Source: an uncultured Bacilli bacterium (GTDB lineage: Bacteria; Bacillota_I; Bacilli_A; RF39; UBA660). From it: DNA of 64,000 nt. The position numbers and the translations under genes are program-made. The first letter of the stretch is position 1, and each line of letters begins with the position of its first letter. Below, in pieces: positions 24,997 to 33,399 of this stretch. Where the stretch lies: positions 6,736 to 70,735 of the forward strand of contig CAKOQK010000004.1 of NCBI GenBank assembly GCA_934101225.1. Direction: 5' to 3'. The notes under the pieces were generated by a model. That model was not told the DNA's origin and ran no database searches. It saw nothing but the letters and a program-made list of their open reading frames with translations.

Positions 24997-25694
24997 TGAA
25001 TAGTATTAATTGGAAAGGTATTGATAGTGAATCCATAGAAGGACTATTAATTTGTGAATTACCACCGATTTCTAAACCAAAAATGAGAATAAAAGAAACT
25101 GTTATAGATGGAGTAGATGGATCATTTATCGAAGAATTAGGTTATGAATCTTATGATAAAACTATGAAAATTGGATTAACAAGAGATTATGATATAGATG
25201 AAGTCATGGATTATTTCAATGGGGAAGGTAATTTAATTTTTAGTAATGAAGATGATAAATTATACAAAGCCAAGATAATAAATCAAATAGATTATCAAAG
25301 ATTGTTAAGATTTAAAACTGCTAATATAACGTTTAGAGTACAACCTTTTAAGTATTCAGCTAATGAAATATCTAAAAAGGTTGATATAACTGATGAAACA
25401 AGTATTAATTTTTACAACAATGGAAATGTGGAAAGTAAACCACAAATTAAAATATATGGCACTGGTGTTATTAATTTTAAATTGGAAGGAAGAACTATAT
25501 TTACTTATACATTTTCTTCAGATGATACTTATGTTGTTATTGATAGTGATAAACAGGATGCATATGTAGGTAGTATTTTAAAAAATAGATTTATGAATGG
25601 TGATTTCCCTATTTTTCAAAAAGGGAAAAATACTATTTCATGGGATGGAACAATTACTAAAATTGAGATAAGTAATTATTCGAGATGGATTTAG
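24996..25694 (+). CDS. Distal tail protein (Dit, siphovirus tail component)
   Basis: Immediately follows TMP with a 1-nt overlap; N-terminus INWKGIDSESIEGLLICELPPISKP...IDGVDGS is typical of Dit. Confidence 0.7.
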   Translation: MNSINWKGIDSESIEGLLICELPPISKPKMRIKETVIDGVDGSFIEELGYESYDKTMKIGLTRDYDIDEVMDYFNGEGNLIFSNEDDKLYKAKIINQIDYQRLLRFKTANITFRVQPFKYSANEISKKVDITDETSINFYNNGNVESKPQIKIYGTGVINFKLEGRTIFTYTFSSDDTYVVIDSDKQDAYVGSILKNRFMNGDFPIFQKGKNTISWDGTITKIEISNYSRWI

Positions 25695-25709
25695 GAAAGG
25701 AGCATAAAT

Positions 25710-26045
25710 ATGAAAAGAGTTAGAAAATTAACTAGGGGAGATACTTTTTCTTTAGAGGTTGAAATAACTGAAAATGGGGAATATCAAACAGTAGATGAGA
25801 TGTTTCTTACTGTAAAAGATAGTTATAGTGCTGATGAAATTTTATTTCAAAAGAAAATTGGTGATGGAATCAAATTGAAAGATAATAAATATTTGATTTC
25901 AATTTATCCAGAAGATACAAATGATTTTGAATATAAACAATATGTTTATGATATTGAAATCATTAAAGGAAATATTAAAAAGACTTTGGAAGTTGGTATT
26001 TTACGTATTTGTGATGAAGTAACATTTGCAGTAGATGAGGTGTAA
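25710..26045 (+). CDS. Hypothetical tail-module protein (111 aa)
   Basis: AAAGGAG SD; lies between Dit and the Tal-like gene. Confidence 0.5.
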   Translation: MKRVRKLTRGDTFSLEVEITENGEYQTVDEMFLTVKDSYSADEILFQKKIGDGIKLKDNKYLISIYPEDTNDFEYKQYVYDIEIIKGNIKKTLEVGILRICDEVTFAVDEV

Positions 26046-26047
26046 CT

Positions 26048-27697
26048 ATGGAATATAAAATAAGAGAAAAATTATTTGGAGCCAATAAAACAAGTGCAAT
26101 TGGAATGTCGTTAACTTTAAATGATACTGTTAAATATCCGATAAATAAATTGACGATTGATGGTGTTTGTGAACAGGAAACGACTAGTGGAAAGAATAAA
26201 TTACCTAATAATGCAGTGTCAAAAACATTAAATGGTGTAACTTTTACAAAGAATAGTGATGGAACTGTTGTAGTAAACGGAACAGCAACAACAAGTTGTT
26301 TTTATAACATAATATCTGATAATAAAGTGCCAATAACAACAACCAATTTAATATTAAGTGGATGCCCTTTGGGTGGGACAAGTTCATCTTATAGGCTAAG
26401 AGCAACTTATACTGATACTTCTTATTCTGAAGATATAGGAAGTAGTATTAAATTAAAAGACGAAAAAGTATTGCAAATAGTAACGATAGTTATAACTAAT
26501 GGTACTACTTGTAATAATCTAATATTTAAACCTATGATATCATCAGATGGTGGAGAATACGAGCCATACACACGAGGACAAGCAAGCCCTAGTCCTGACT
26601 ATCCACAAGAGATTAAAACATTGACTGGTAATTTAAAATTAACAAGTTGTGGAAAAAATTTGTTTGATAGTTCTTTTAGAAAAGCAAATGGTACATTAAC
26701 TGTAGCTCACGGAACGTGTACTGAGACAAATGGAATATTTACTTTAAAAGCAACAGACGCTGATATTTATTTATTTGATTTACTAAATCCATCATTTTTT
26801 TATAATCAAGAATGTGGACCTTTAATTAAAATACCTAAAAATAATAGTGGTAAGTTGTTTTTTAAAAACACAAACTCTTTATTTACTAAAAACTATATAA
26901 CACAATATGATGAAAACAAAAAATCTTTGGGTGCTAGTTATATTAGTTCAAATGTTGGTTATGTAACAATAAAATCTAATGCTAAATACTGTTCTATAAG
27001 AACAGGTTATAGTAAATCAGTAGCAAATGAAGAATACAAATTTTTAATTATGTTATCTATAAATGATATACCTTATGAACCTTATCAAGGCTCATCTTTA
27101 AATATAACTATTCCATCAAATGAATTTGTAGGAAAACTAGATGATACTTACAAAGATACATTAAATGTAGTATATAAAGATGATGGACATTATCATTTAA
27201 TATTAAAGAAAATGATTGGTAAAGTTGTGCTAGATGGTAGTGCTGATGAAATTTGGACTGTACAATTAACCAATGCCAGTGGTAAAAGCAGGCTTAGATT
27301 GGATGCTTCTAAATTTAATATGAAGACTGTTTCAAAAATTAATGAAATAGGTAAAATAATTTCTACTTGCTTCTTACCGGTTTCGGTTGAAAGAACTTGG
27401 TTTAATTATAATGGAATAGCAGTAGATACTTCAAAATATATTTTTATTTATAGTGAGGAAACTTCTAATTTATCGCTCACAGATTTTAAAAATTGGTTAT
27501 CAACTCATAATGTTGAAGCTTATTATGCACTTAAAACACCTTATGAAGTAGATTTAGGAATAGTAGATACATTATTAAGTTATGATGAAATAACTAATAT
27601 ATTCACTAATTCAGATTTATATCCAGTTATAAATGTTGATTATTATAAAGGATCATTAGATATAAGTAATTATGAATTTTCTATAAAAGAGGTATAG
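26048..27697 (+). CDS. Putative baseplate/receptor-binding protein with two tandem modules each ending in YEPY
   Basis: Module 1 SGKNKLP...LIFKPMISSDGGEYEPY; module 2 CGKNLFD...FLIMLSINDIPYEPY. Confidence 0.5.
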   Translation: MEYKIREKLFGANKTSAIGMSLTLNDTVKYPINKLTIDGVCEQETTSGKNKLPNNAVSKTLNGVTFTKNSDGTVVVNGTATTSCFYNIISDNKVPITTTNLILSGCPLGGTSSSYRLRATYTDTSYSEDIGSSIKLKDEKVLQIVTIVITNGTTCNNLIFKPMISSDGGEYEPYTRGQASPSPDYPQEIKTLTGNLKLTSCGKNLFDSSFRKANGTLTVAHGTCTETNGIFTLKATDADIYLFDLLNPSFFYNQECGPLIKIPKNNSGKLFFKNTNSLFTKNYITQYDENKKSLGASYISSNVGYVTIKSNAKYCSIRTGYSKSVANEEYKFLIMLSINDIPYEPYQGSSLNITIPSNEFVGKLDDTYKDTLNVVYKDDGHYHLILKKMIGKVVLDGSADEIWTVQLTNASGKSRLRLDASKFNMKTVSKINEIGKIISTCFLPVSVERTWFNYNGIAVDTSKYIFIYSEETSNLSLTDFKNWLSTHNVEAYYALKTPYEVDLGIVDTLLSYDEITNIFTNSDLYPVINVDYYKGSLDISNYEFSIKEV

Positions 27698-27699
27698 AT

Positions 27700-29355
27700 A
27701 TGTTATGTGTTTATGAAGGAACTGAGAAATTATTTAATAACAATGGAATTAAAGTATTGCATCCTTTATTTGCTGAAGTAACTAAAAAAGATAATAGTGA
27801 TTATTATTTAGAATTAGAAGATATATTGGATAATCTTGATTATTATCAAAAAGGATTAATTATAAGAACTGATACTCCATGGGGTGTTCAGGGATTTAGA
27901 TGTGATAAACCAACTATTAAAAATGATAGAGTGTCATGCAAAGCATGGCACTTATCTTATGACAGTAAAAACTATATTGTAAAAGATGCTTATTCAGTTG
28001 ATAAGAATTGTAATGATGCATTAAATTATTTTAATAGTGCTACTGATAGAACAAGTCCATTTACAACTATTAGTGATATTCCTACAACGTTAAGTTCAAG
28101 AATGGTAACTAAAACATTATTTGAAATTTATGAAAATTTCATTTCAGATGATATGTATGGTGGTCATTGGTATAGAAACAATTGGACATTAGGAATTAAA
28201 GCAAATATAGGTCAAGATAGAGGTGTGGTGTTATCTTCTAATAAAAATATTTCTGATTTTGAAAATAGTGAAAATTGGGATGATGTTTGTACTAAAATAC
28301 TTCCTTATACTACTGATGGAGAGCAAAGAATTTATTTGGATGATCCATTTTTAATATCAGAATATCTATCTTTATATGATATCGTTTATGCTAAAGTAGT
28401 TAAATTTGATAATCCATATGATAAATCTGATTATGAAGATTATTCTACTTTTTTATCTGATACTAAATTATGGCTTAAAAAAACTGCTTTAGAATATTTA
28501 GAGGAAAATAAAACTCCAAAATTTAATTGTTCCGTTAGTTCTCCAATAAAGAATGTAAGCGATATTGGAGATACTATTTATGTAAAATATTCAAAGTGTA
28601 ATATTAATATTAAAACAAATGTAATTGGCATTAAATATGATTGTATTAGTCAAAAATATACAAAAATTGAATTTGGAAATTTTAAAAAAGAAATCAAAAA
28701 TTTACAAGAACAAATTTCAGGTGAAATCAAAAAGACAACAAAAGAAACAGTAAAAGAAAGTCAAGTATTGTTACAAGATGAATTAAATCAAGCAACTTCA
28801 AGATTTAATGAAATGTTAGGAAGTTCATACAAAATAATAGAAGAAGATAAAATAATGTTTGTAGATAAATTGCCTAAAGAACAAGCAAAATATGTTTTAA
28901 AGATTTCAAATGGTGGAATAGGATTTAGTTCTACTGGAATTAACGGAATATTTACCAGTGCTTGGACTTTAGATGGTACTTTAAATATGAATGCTATTAA
29001 TGTAATTAATTTAACTGCCTCTTTAATAAAAGGCGGTGTTTTAAAGTTAGGTGGAATCAATAATTCAAGTGGTACTTTTGAATTATATGATGAAACAGGT
29101 AAATTGATTTGTTTACAAGATAAAACAGGTTTAACGTGTTATGCAAAAAATGGCGATTATGTAAAACTAAATGCAGAGGTTGGTTTTGCTGGTTTTAATA
29201 AAAATAATATTAAATCCTTTTGGGCTGATGGCGATGTTTTTCATATGAAGAATGCAGAGGTTGAAAATGAACTTAAAGTAGCAAACATGATTAAATTTGT
29301 ACCTGTAAATACTGAAACAAATAAAGGAATTGGCATTGTTGCTATTCAAAGCTAG
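27700..29355 (+). CDS. Tail-associated (Tal-like) minor structural protein, prophage-tail N-terminal domain
   Basis: N-terminus YEGTEKLFNNNGIKVLHPLFAEVTKKDNSDYYLELE resembles the phage minor structural protein N-terminal region. Confidence 0.6.
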   Translation: MLCVYEGTEKLFNNNGIKVLHPLFAEVTKKDNSDYYLELEDILDNLDYYQKGLIIRTDTPWGVQGFRCDKPTIKNDRVSCKAWHLSYDSKNYIVKDAYSVDKNCNDALNYFNSATDRTSPFTTISDIPTTLSSRMVTKTLFEIYENFISDDMYGGHWYRNNWTLGIKANIGQDRGVVLSSNKNISDFENSENWDDVCTKILPYTTDGEQRIYLDDPFLISEYLSLYDIVYAKVVKFDNPYDKSDYEDYSTFLSDTKLWLKKTALEYLEENKTPKFNCSVSSPIKNVSDIGDTIYVKYSKCNINIKTNVIGIKYDCISQKYTKIEFGNFKKEIKNLQEQISGEIKKTTKETVKESQVLLQDELNQATSRFNEMLGSSYKIIEEDKIMFVDKLPKEQAKYVLKISNGGIGFSSTGINGIFTSAWTLDGTLNMNAINVINLTASLIKGGVLKLGGINNSSGTFELYDETGKLICLQDKTGLTCYAKNGDYVKLNAEVGFAGFNKNNIKSFWADGDVFHMKNAEVENELKVANMIKFVPVNTETNKGIGIVAIQS

Positions 29356-29366
29356 GAAGTGAAAAT

Positions 29367-31352
29367 ATGGCGAAGATATCAAAAAAAGGGTCTAAAGGGC
29401 ATCATACTTATACATTTAATTTAGTAGAAACATCAACAAGTGTTAGTGATAATACTAGCACAATGAATTATAGTTTTGTTTTAACAGATGATTCAAATTA
29501 TTTTTGGAGATCATTTGCGAAAAAAATATCATATAAATTAAAAGCTAATGGCTCTGAAATTGCAAGTGGTTATATTCCAAATCATACAAGTAAAACCGAA
29601 ACAATTACTTCAGGAACATTTACTGTACCTCATGATTCTGATGGTAATAAAACAATAGATTATAGTTTCACTGTAACTGATAATGCAAATCAAAGTTACA
29701 CATCAGGTAATGCAAGTGAAAGTGGAACATTAAGTTTAAGTACAATTCCAAGATATTTATCAATAGACAAACTTGATATAGTAAGTAAAACTGAAACAAG
29801 TGCTATTATATCATGGGCTACTAGCGAAGCAGCTAGTGAAATATTATATAGTCTTGACAATGGGGCATCTTGGGTTAGTTCTGCTACGCACGGGGAAATT
29901 GTATCTGACGATAGAAAAAGCGGATTCTTTAATATTTATAATTTAAATGAAAATACAACTTATAATCTTAAAATTAAAGCTAAAAGAAGTGATAGTGGCT
30001 TATATACTGAAAGTTCATCCAAAGATTTAGTTACTTATGCTTATCCATATTGTGAAGAAGCTCCTGATTTTATTATTGGAAATAAATTGATTTTAAAAAT
30101 ATATAATCCATTAGGAAGAACTTATAATTGCAAAATAATTGGTGCAAATAATGATTCGTTAATGTTAAATGATTATCAAGATACAGCTATTTCTCCTTTT
30201 AATAATGATGTATGGATAAATTTTTGGTATTCTTCTATTCCAAATTCTAAAACTGGTAAATATAAAGTACAAGTTATATATGGAAATTCAGTTAAAGAAA
30301 CAAATGGTGGAAACTATAGTGTTATTGGAACTGAAAAACCTGTATGCGGAACTATCACTTATCAAGATAGTGATTCGACAGTTACTGCTATTACTCAAAA
30401 CAATCAATATATAGTACAAAATATATCTAATTTAAAAGTTAGTTATACAAGTGCTACTGCCAAAAATAGTGCATCAATTGCTAAATATACATTCGAATTA
30501 AATGGTATTGTAAAAGAAAGCACAAAATCAAGTGATACGATTGATTTTGGAAAAGTAAATGTTTCTGATGATATAGATTTAATTATGACTGTTACTGATA
30601 GCAGAGGTTTAACAACTTCTACAACTAAAAAAGTATTAATATTAGCACATAGTGATCCAACAGCACTAGTAACACTTAATAGATTAAATAATTATGAAGA
30701 TGAAACATATTTAACTGTTGACGGCTCAATATCAAGTGTAAACTCTAAAAATTCAATGATTATTAAATATAGATATAAATTAATCGATGGAGATTATAAT
30801 GATTTTATAACCATCAATGATAATACAAAGCAAACTTTAACATTAGATAAAAATAATATTTATATATTTAATATTTTAATAATAGATAGTTTTGGTGGAA
30901 AGTATGATAAAAATTTTACGTTAAACAAAGGAATTTTTCCTTTATTTATAGATACCATTTTAAATAGTGTCGGAATAAATTGCTTTCCAACTAAAAATAA
31001 TAGTTTTGAAGTAAATAATTTAGATCTATTTAGTATTATAAATAGTTTTAATAACTCAATCAAAGGAATTTTGTTAAATGGTGATGATGGTTTAAAAATA
31101 AATGTTAAAAATTATGGATCAATAAACAAAATTCCAATTATAATTCTTGGAGCTGATAGTTCAAACTTAATTCCTGTACTAACAGTTGTTTATATTAAGC
31201 CAAATGATAATTTCGGCTATAAAAATTTAGGTACTGAAAAATCAGTAACAATGAGTGGAACTGCTATTCATATAGATGCTACTAAAGGATCATATTACTT
31301 TGTGATAGCTCCACCAATTTGTGAAATAGAATTAACAAATAATGCATTATAA
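29367..31352 (+). CDS. Tail fibre/host-specificity protein with fibronectin type III-like domain
   Basis: FN3-like segment LDIVSKTETSAIISWATSEAASEILYSLDNGASW...ENTTYNLKIKAK; last large structural gene before the lysis cassette. Confidence 0.55.
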   Translation: MAKISKKGSKGHHTYTFNLVETSTSVSDNTSTMNYSFVLTDDSNYFWRSFAKKISYKLKANGSEIASGYIPNHTSKTETITSGTFTVPHDSDGNKTIDYSFTVTDNANQSYTSGNASESGTLSLSTIPRYLSIDKLDIVSKTETSAIISWATSEAASEILYSLDNGASWVSSATHGEIVSDDRKSGFFNIYNLNENTTYNLKIKAKRSDSGLYTESSSKDLVTYAYPYCEEAPDFIIGNKLILKIYNPLGRTYNCKIIGANNDSLMLNDYQDTAISPFNNDVWINFWYSSIPNSKTGKYKVQVIYGNSVKETNGGNYSVIGTEKPVCGTITYQDSDSTVTAITQNNQYIVQNISNLKVSYTSATAKNSASIAKYTFELNGIVKESTKSSDTIDFGKVNVSDDIDLIMTVTDSRGLTTSTTKKVLILAHSDPTALVTLNRLNNYEDETYLTVDGSISSVNSKNSMIIKYRYKLIDGDYNDFITINDNTKQTLTLDKNNIYIFNILIIDSFGGKYDKNFTLNKGIFPLFIDTILNSVGINCFPTKNNSFEVNNLDLFSIINSFNNSIKGILLNGDDGLKINVKNYGSINKIPIIILGADSSNLIPVLTVVYIKPNDNFGYKNLGTEKSVTMSGTAIHIDATKGSYYFVIAPPICEIELTNNAL

Positions 31353-31365
31353 GGTGGTGATTTTA

Positions 31366-31719
31366 ATGGAAAATTTAACTTTAGGAGATCTAGCAAAAGG
31401 GTTAGCATTTATAGTTGGGCTTATTAGTTCAGTTGTTTATTTAAAAAAGGGAACTATTAAAGGAATTGCCTCAGTTATAGATGAACGGTTGGAACCAATA
31501 AAAAAAGAAGTAGAAAATTTAAAAGAAGAAACATCTAAGAATAATTTATCAAGTATAAAAACTGATTTAATTAATTTAATGGAACTTACAGATAAAGAAA
31601 AAGTATCTCCAGAACAAAAAATGAGAAGTTATGAGTTATATGATTATTATTGCAAGCATGGTGGTAATAGTTATGTCCATGACAAATGGGAAAGATTAAA
31701 AAACGAAGGAAAAATATAA
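31366..31719 (+). CDS. Membrane-anchored coiled-coil protein of the lysis cassette
   Basis: AAGGTGGTGA SD before ATG 31366; N-terminal helix LAKGLAFIVGLISSVVYL. Confidence 0.45.
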   Translation: MENLTLGDLAKGLAFIVGLISSVVYLKKGTIKGIASVIDERLEPIKKEVENLKEETSKNNLSSIKTDLINLMELTDKEKVSPEQKMRSYELYDYYCKHGGNSYVHDKWERLKNEGKI

Positions 31720-31729
31720 GGAGGAAACA

Positions 31730-31930
31730 ATGAAAAAAGGAATTGATGATGTAAAAAGTTATGTAACAATATTATTTGCTACTGCATTAGTAGCATTGTT
31801 ATTTATTGCTGTATTTAAAGGTGAAAATATATTTGAAACAGTGTTCTTATTATTCACTAATTTATGTACTGCAGTATTTACATATTTTTTTACCAGAAAA
31901 AAAGATTCAACAAATAAGGAAGGAGAATAA
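31730..31930 (+). CDS. Holin-like protein (66 aa, two TM helices)
   Basis: YVTILFATALVALLFIAVF and VFLLFTNLCTAVFTYFF helices with a charged C-terminus; directly upstream of the endolysin. Confidence 0.55.
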   Translation: MKKGIDDVKSYVTILFATALVALLFIAVFKGENIFETVFLLFTNLCTAVFTYFFTRKKDSTNKEGE

Positions 31931-31933
31931 ATA

Positions 31934-32644
31934 ATGATTAAATTAAAATATCCCTTAAAATTTGTAGGGATAACACAAGATTTTTCATCAAATCATCGTG
32001 CTAATGATTTAGGATGGAATAATGCATATGGCGGCAAAAATGCAAATATCTATGCATGTGGCGATGGAGTAGTTACAAGTATTTGTGATGGCAGAAATAA
32101 TTCGATGGTTGATGGGGATAGTGGAAACTATGTAACCATTGAATATGCAGATGGATACAAAACAAGAACTTGTCATATGTTAAAAGGCTCTATAACTGTC
32201 AAGAAGGGCGATAAAGTTACCAGAGATACTATTATAGGTAAAATGGGAAATAGTGGCTATTGTGGAAGAAATAAAGCATATCACGTTCATTTTATTGTTT
32301 GGAAGAATAGTGTTAGAGTTAATCCTAGAGAACACGTATATATTTATGAAGATAATGTTGTTGCTAAAACAAATAAATATGATCTACTTTATTACAATGG
32401 TGAAGAAGAAAAATCATCTGCACCTGTTGATAATAGAAAGTATATTCAAATAAATGCTAAAAGTGGTGTGTGGTGTAGAAAAGGAATAGGATTTAAATAT
32501 TCTAAATATAAAGCTATCCCTTGGGGAACAAAATGTGAACTAGTAGAAAAAAACGTTGGAACAGCTAATGGTTATAAATGGGATAAAATTATTTATAATG
32601 GTGTAACAGTATATCTTCCAAATAGTTGGAATAAATATCTATAA
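31934..32644 (+). CDS. Endolysin: M23 metallopeptidase domain plus C-terminal SH3-like wall-binding domain
   Basis: HxxxD (HRAND) and HxH (HVHF) zinc motifs, with GNSGY in between; C-terminal ~80 aa is SH3b-like (WCRKGIGF...GYKWDKIIYNG). Confidence 0.75.
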   Translation: MIKLKYPLKFVGITQDFSSNHRANDLGWNNAYGGKNANIYACGDGVVTSICDGRNNSMVDGDSGNYVTIEYADGYKTRTCHMLKGSITVKKGDKVTRDTIIGKMGNSGYCGRNKAYHVHFIVWKNSVRVNPREHVYIYEDNVVAKTNKYDLLYYNGEEEKSSAPVDNRKYIQINAKSGVWCRKGIGFKYSKYKAIPWGTKCELVEKNVGTANGYKWDKIIYNGVTVYLPNSWNKYL

Positions 32645-32648
32645 AAAA

Positions 32649-32687
32649 ACAAGGTAGGGAATATCAGATCCTTACCTTGTTTTTTTA
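32649..32687 (+). terminator. Strong intrinsic terminator after the endolysin
   Basis: 11-bp stem CAAGGTAGGGA/TCCTTACCTTG (one G-U pair), 8-nt loop, T8 run. Confidence 0.8.
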
Positions 32688-32730
32688 TTTGAAGAATATT
32701 TGATGATATTTTTTAATAAAACATTAATCT

Positions 32731-32754
32731 CATGGTAATTTTCATGGTAATTTT
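32731..32754. repeat. Tandem 12-bp direct repeat CATGGTAATTTT x2
   Basis: Two exact adjacent copies in the non-coding gap after the lysis module; possible recombinase arm-site or attR-proximal element. Confidence 0.5.
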
Positions 32755-32920
32755 TATTAAAGATAAGATTTTATGCATATAAAATTGAATTTATCGTTTC
32801 CCATACAGGTCACCATATTTGAAATTTATGCCCATTTTATGGGTTTTTTAATGCAAAATGTTTAGTGTTCTTTTAAAATATAATTTTTTAGACAATTATT
32901 GTAAATTCTCATTATTATTG

Positions 32921-32948
32921 TATAAAAAAAGAAGAACTATCTTCTTTT
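32921..32948 (-). terminator. Intrinsic terminator of the 88-aa minus-strand gene
   Basis: AAGAAGA-ACTA-TCTTCTT stem-loop; on the minus strand it is followed by a U-run; the stop codon sits in the loop. Confidence 0.6.
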
Positions 32949-33203
32949 GAAATTCATTGTATCTTCTTGAATTAAAGTTAAGTTATTTGATTCTAATTCT
33001 TCTCTTGTAACTAATTTATCATTATGTTTTATAAAATGTCTAGATTGTTCGGAAATTAAATCATTTACTTCCATTAACATTTTTGTTATTTCGGTTGTTC
33101 CAACAATTCCAGCTTCGTAGGCTTTTTTTAAATTATTTTGTAAATATTCTCTGTATTCAAGACATGTTTCTATAATTTTTTTTCTATATTCTGTTTCTGT
33201 CAT
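32937..33203 (-). CDS. Hypothetical helical protein (88 aa), stand-alone transcription unit at the prophage/chromosome junction
   Basis: GGAGGG SD, own terminator, opposite strand to both neighbours. Confidence 0.6.
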   Translation of the reverse strand: MTETEYRKKIIETCLEYREYLQNNLKKAYEAGIVGTTEITKMLMEVNDLISEQSRHFIKHNDKLVTREELESNNLTLIQEDTMNFKRR

Positions 33204-33340
33204 TGTAATATCCCTCCTTGTTTTAATTATATAATATATAATTATTTTAGTATTGTTTTAATTGTTAATTTTTACATTGTATTTACACTATTTATGCTTC
33301 TTTTTGGTTTATTTATTTGTGTAATTATAAATGTTGTGCC

Positions 33341-33369
33341 TTGATTATAGTATTTTTGTGTAATATAAT
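33341..33369 (+). promoter_or_regulatory. Sigma-A promoter of gltX
   Basis: TTGATT, 17-nt spacer, TATAAT; 30 nt upstream of the gltX ATG. Confidence 0.6.
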
Positions 33370-33399
33370 TAACTTGTTTAATTGAGGAGGAATTGTATT

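Larger units (their letters stand above)
1..32700. mobile_element. Temperate siphovirus-like prophage (truncated at left window edge; right boundary approximate, somewhere 32690-33340)
   Basis: Ordered modules: CI/Cro switch, early/replication genes, HNH-TerS-TerL, portal, protease, HK97-type capsid, connectors, major tail, frameshifted chaperone, tape measure, Dit/Tal/fibre, holin, endolysin. Housekeeping genes follow from 33400. Confidence 0.9.

Noticed and set aside
28788-31063. Minus-strand ORFs 28788-29060, 29167-29382 and 30860-31063 in the tail-fibre genes (considered as possible invertible or alternative fibre segments)
   Set aside because: I found no flanking inverted repeats or recombinase nearby, and no SD; they look like frame shadows. 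I also saw no reverse transcriptase or template-repeat pair, so a DGR is excluded.
32253-32453. Plus-strand 66-aa ORF in an alternative frame inside the endolysin gene
   Set aside because: Fully embedded in the M23 domain coding region; no SD.
32780-32850. Possible tRNA/tmRNA 3' fragment as the prophage attachment target
   Set aside because: No T-arm (GGTTCGAATCC-like) or acceptor/CCA features; the local GC-richer bits form only a 5-bp hairpin.
33204-33399. T-box or riboswitch leader upstream of gltX
   Set aside because: The leader from the predicted -10 to the ATG is only ~30 nt, leaving no room for a structured leader, and no specifier or T-box sequence is visible.
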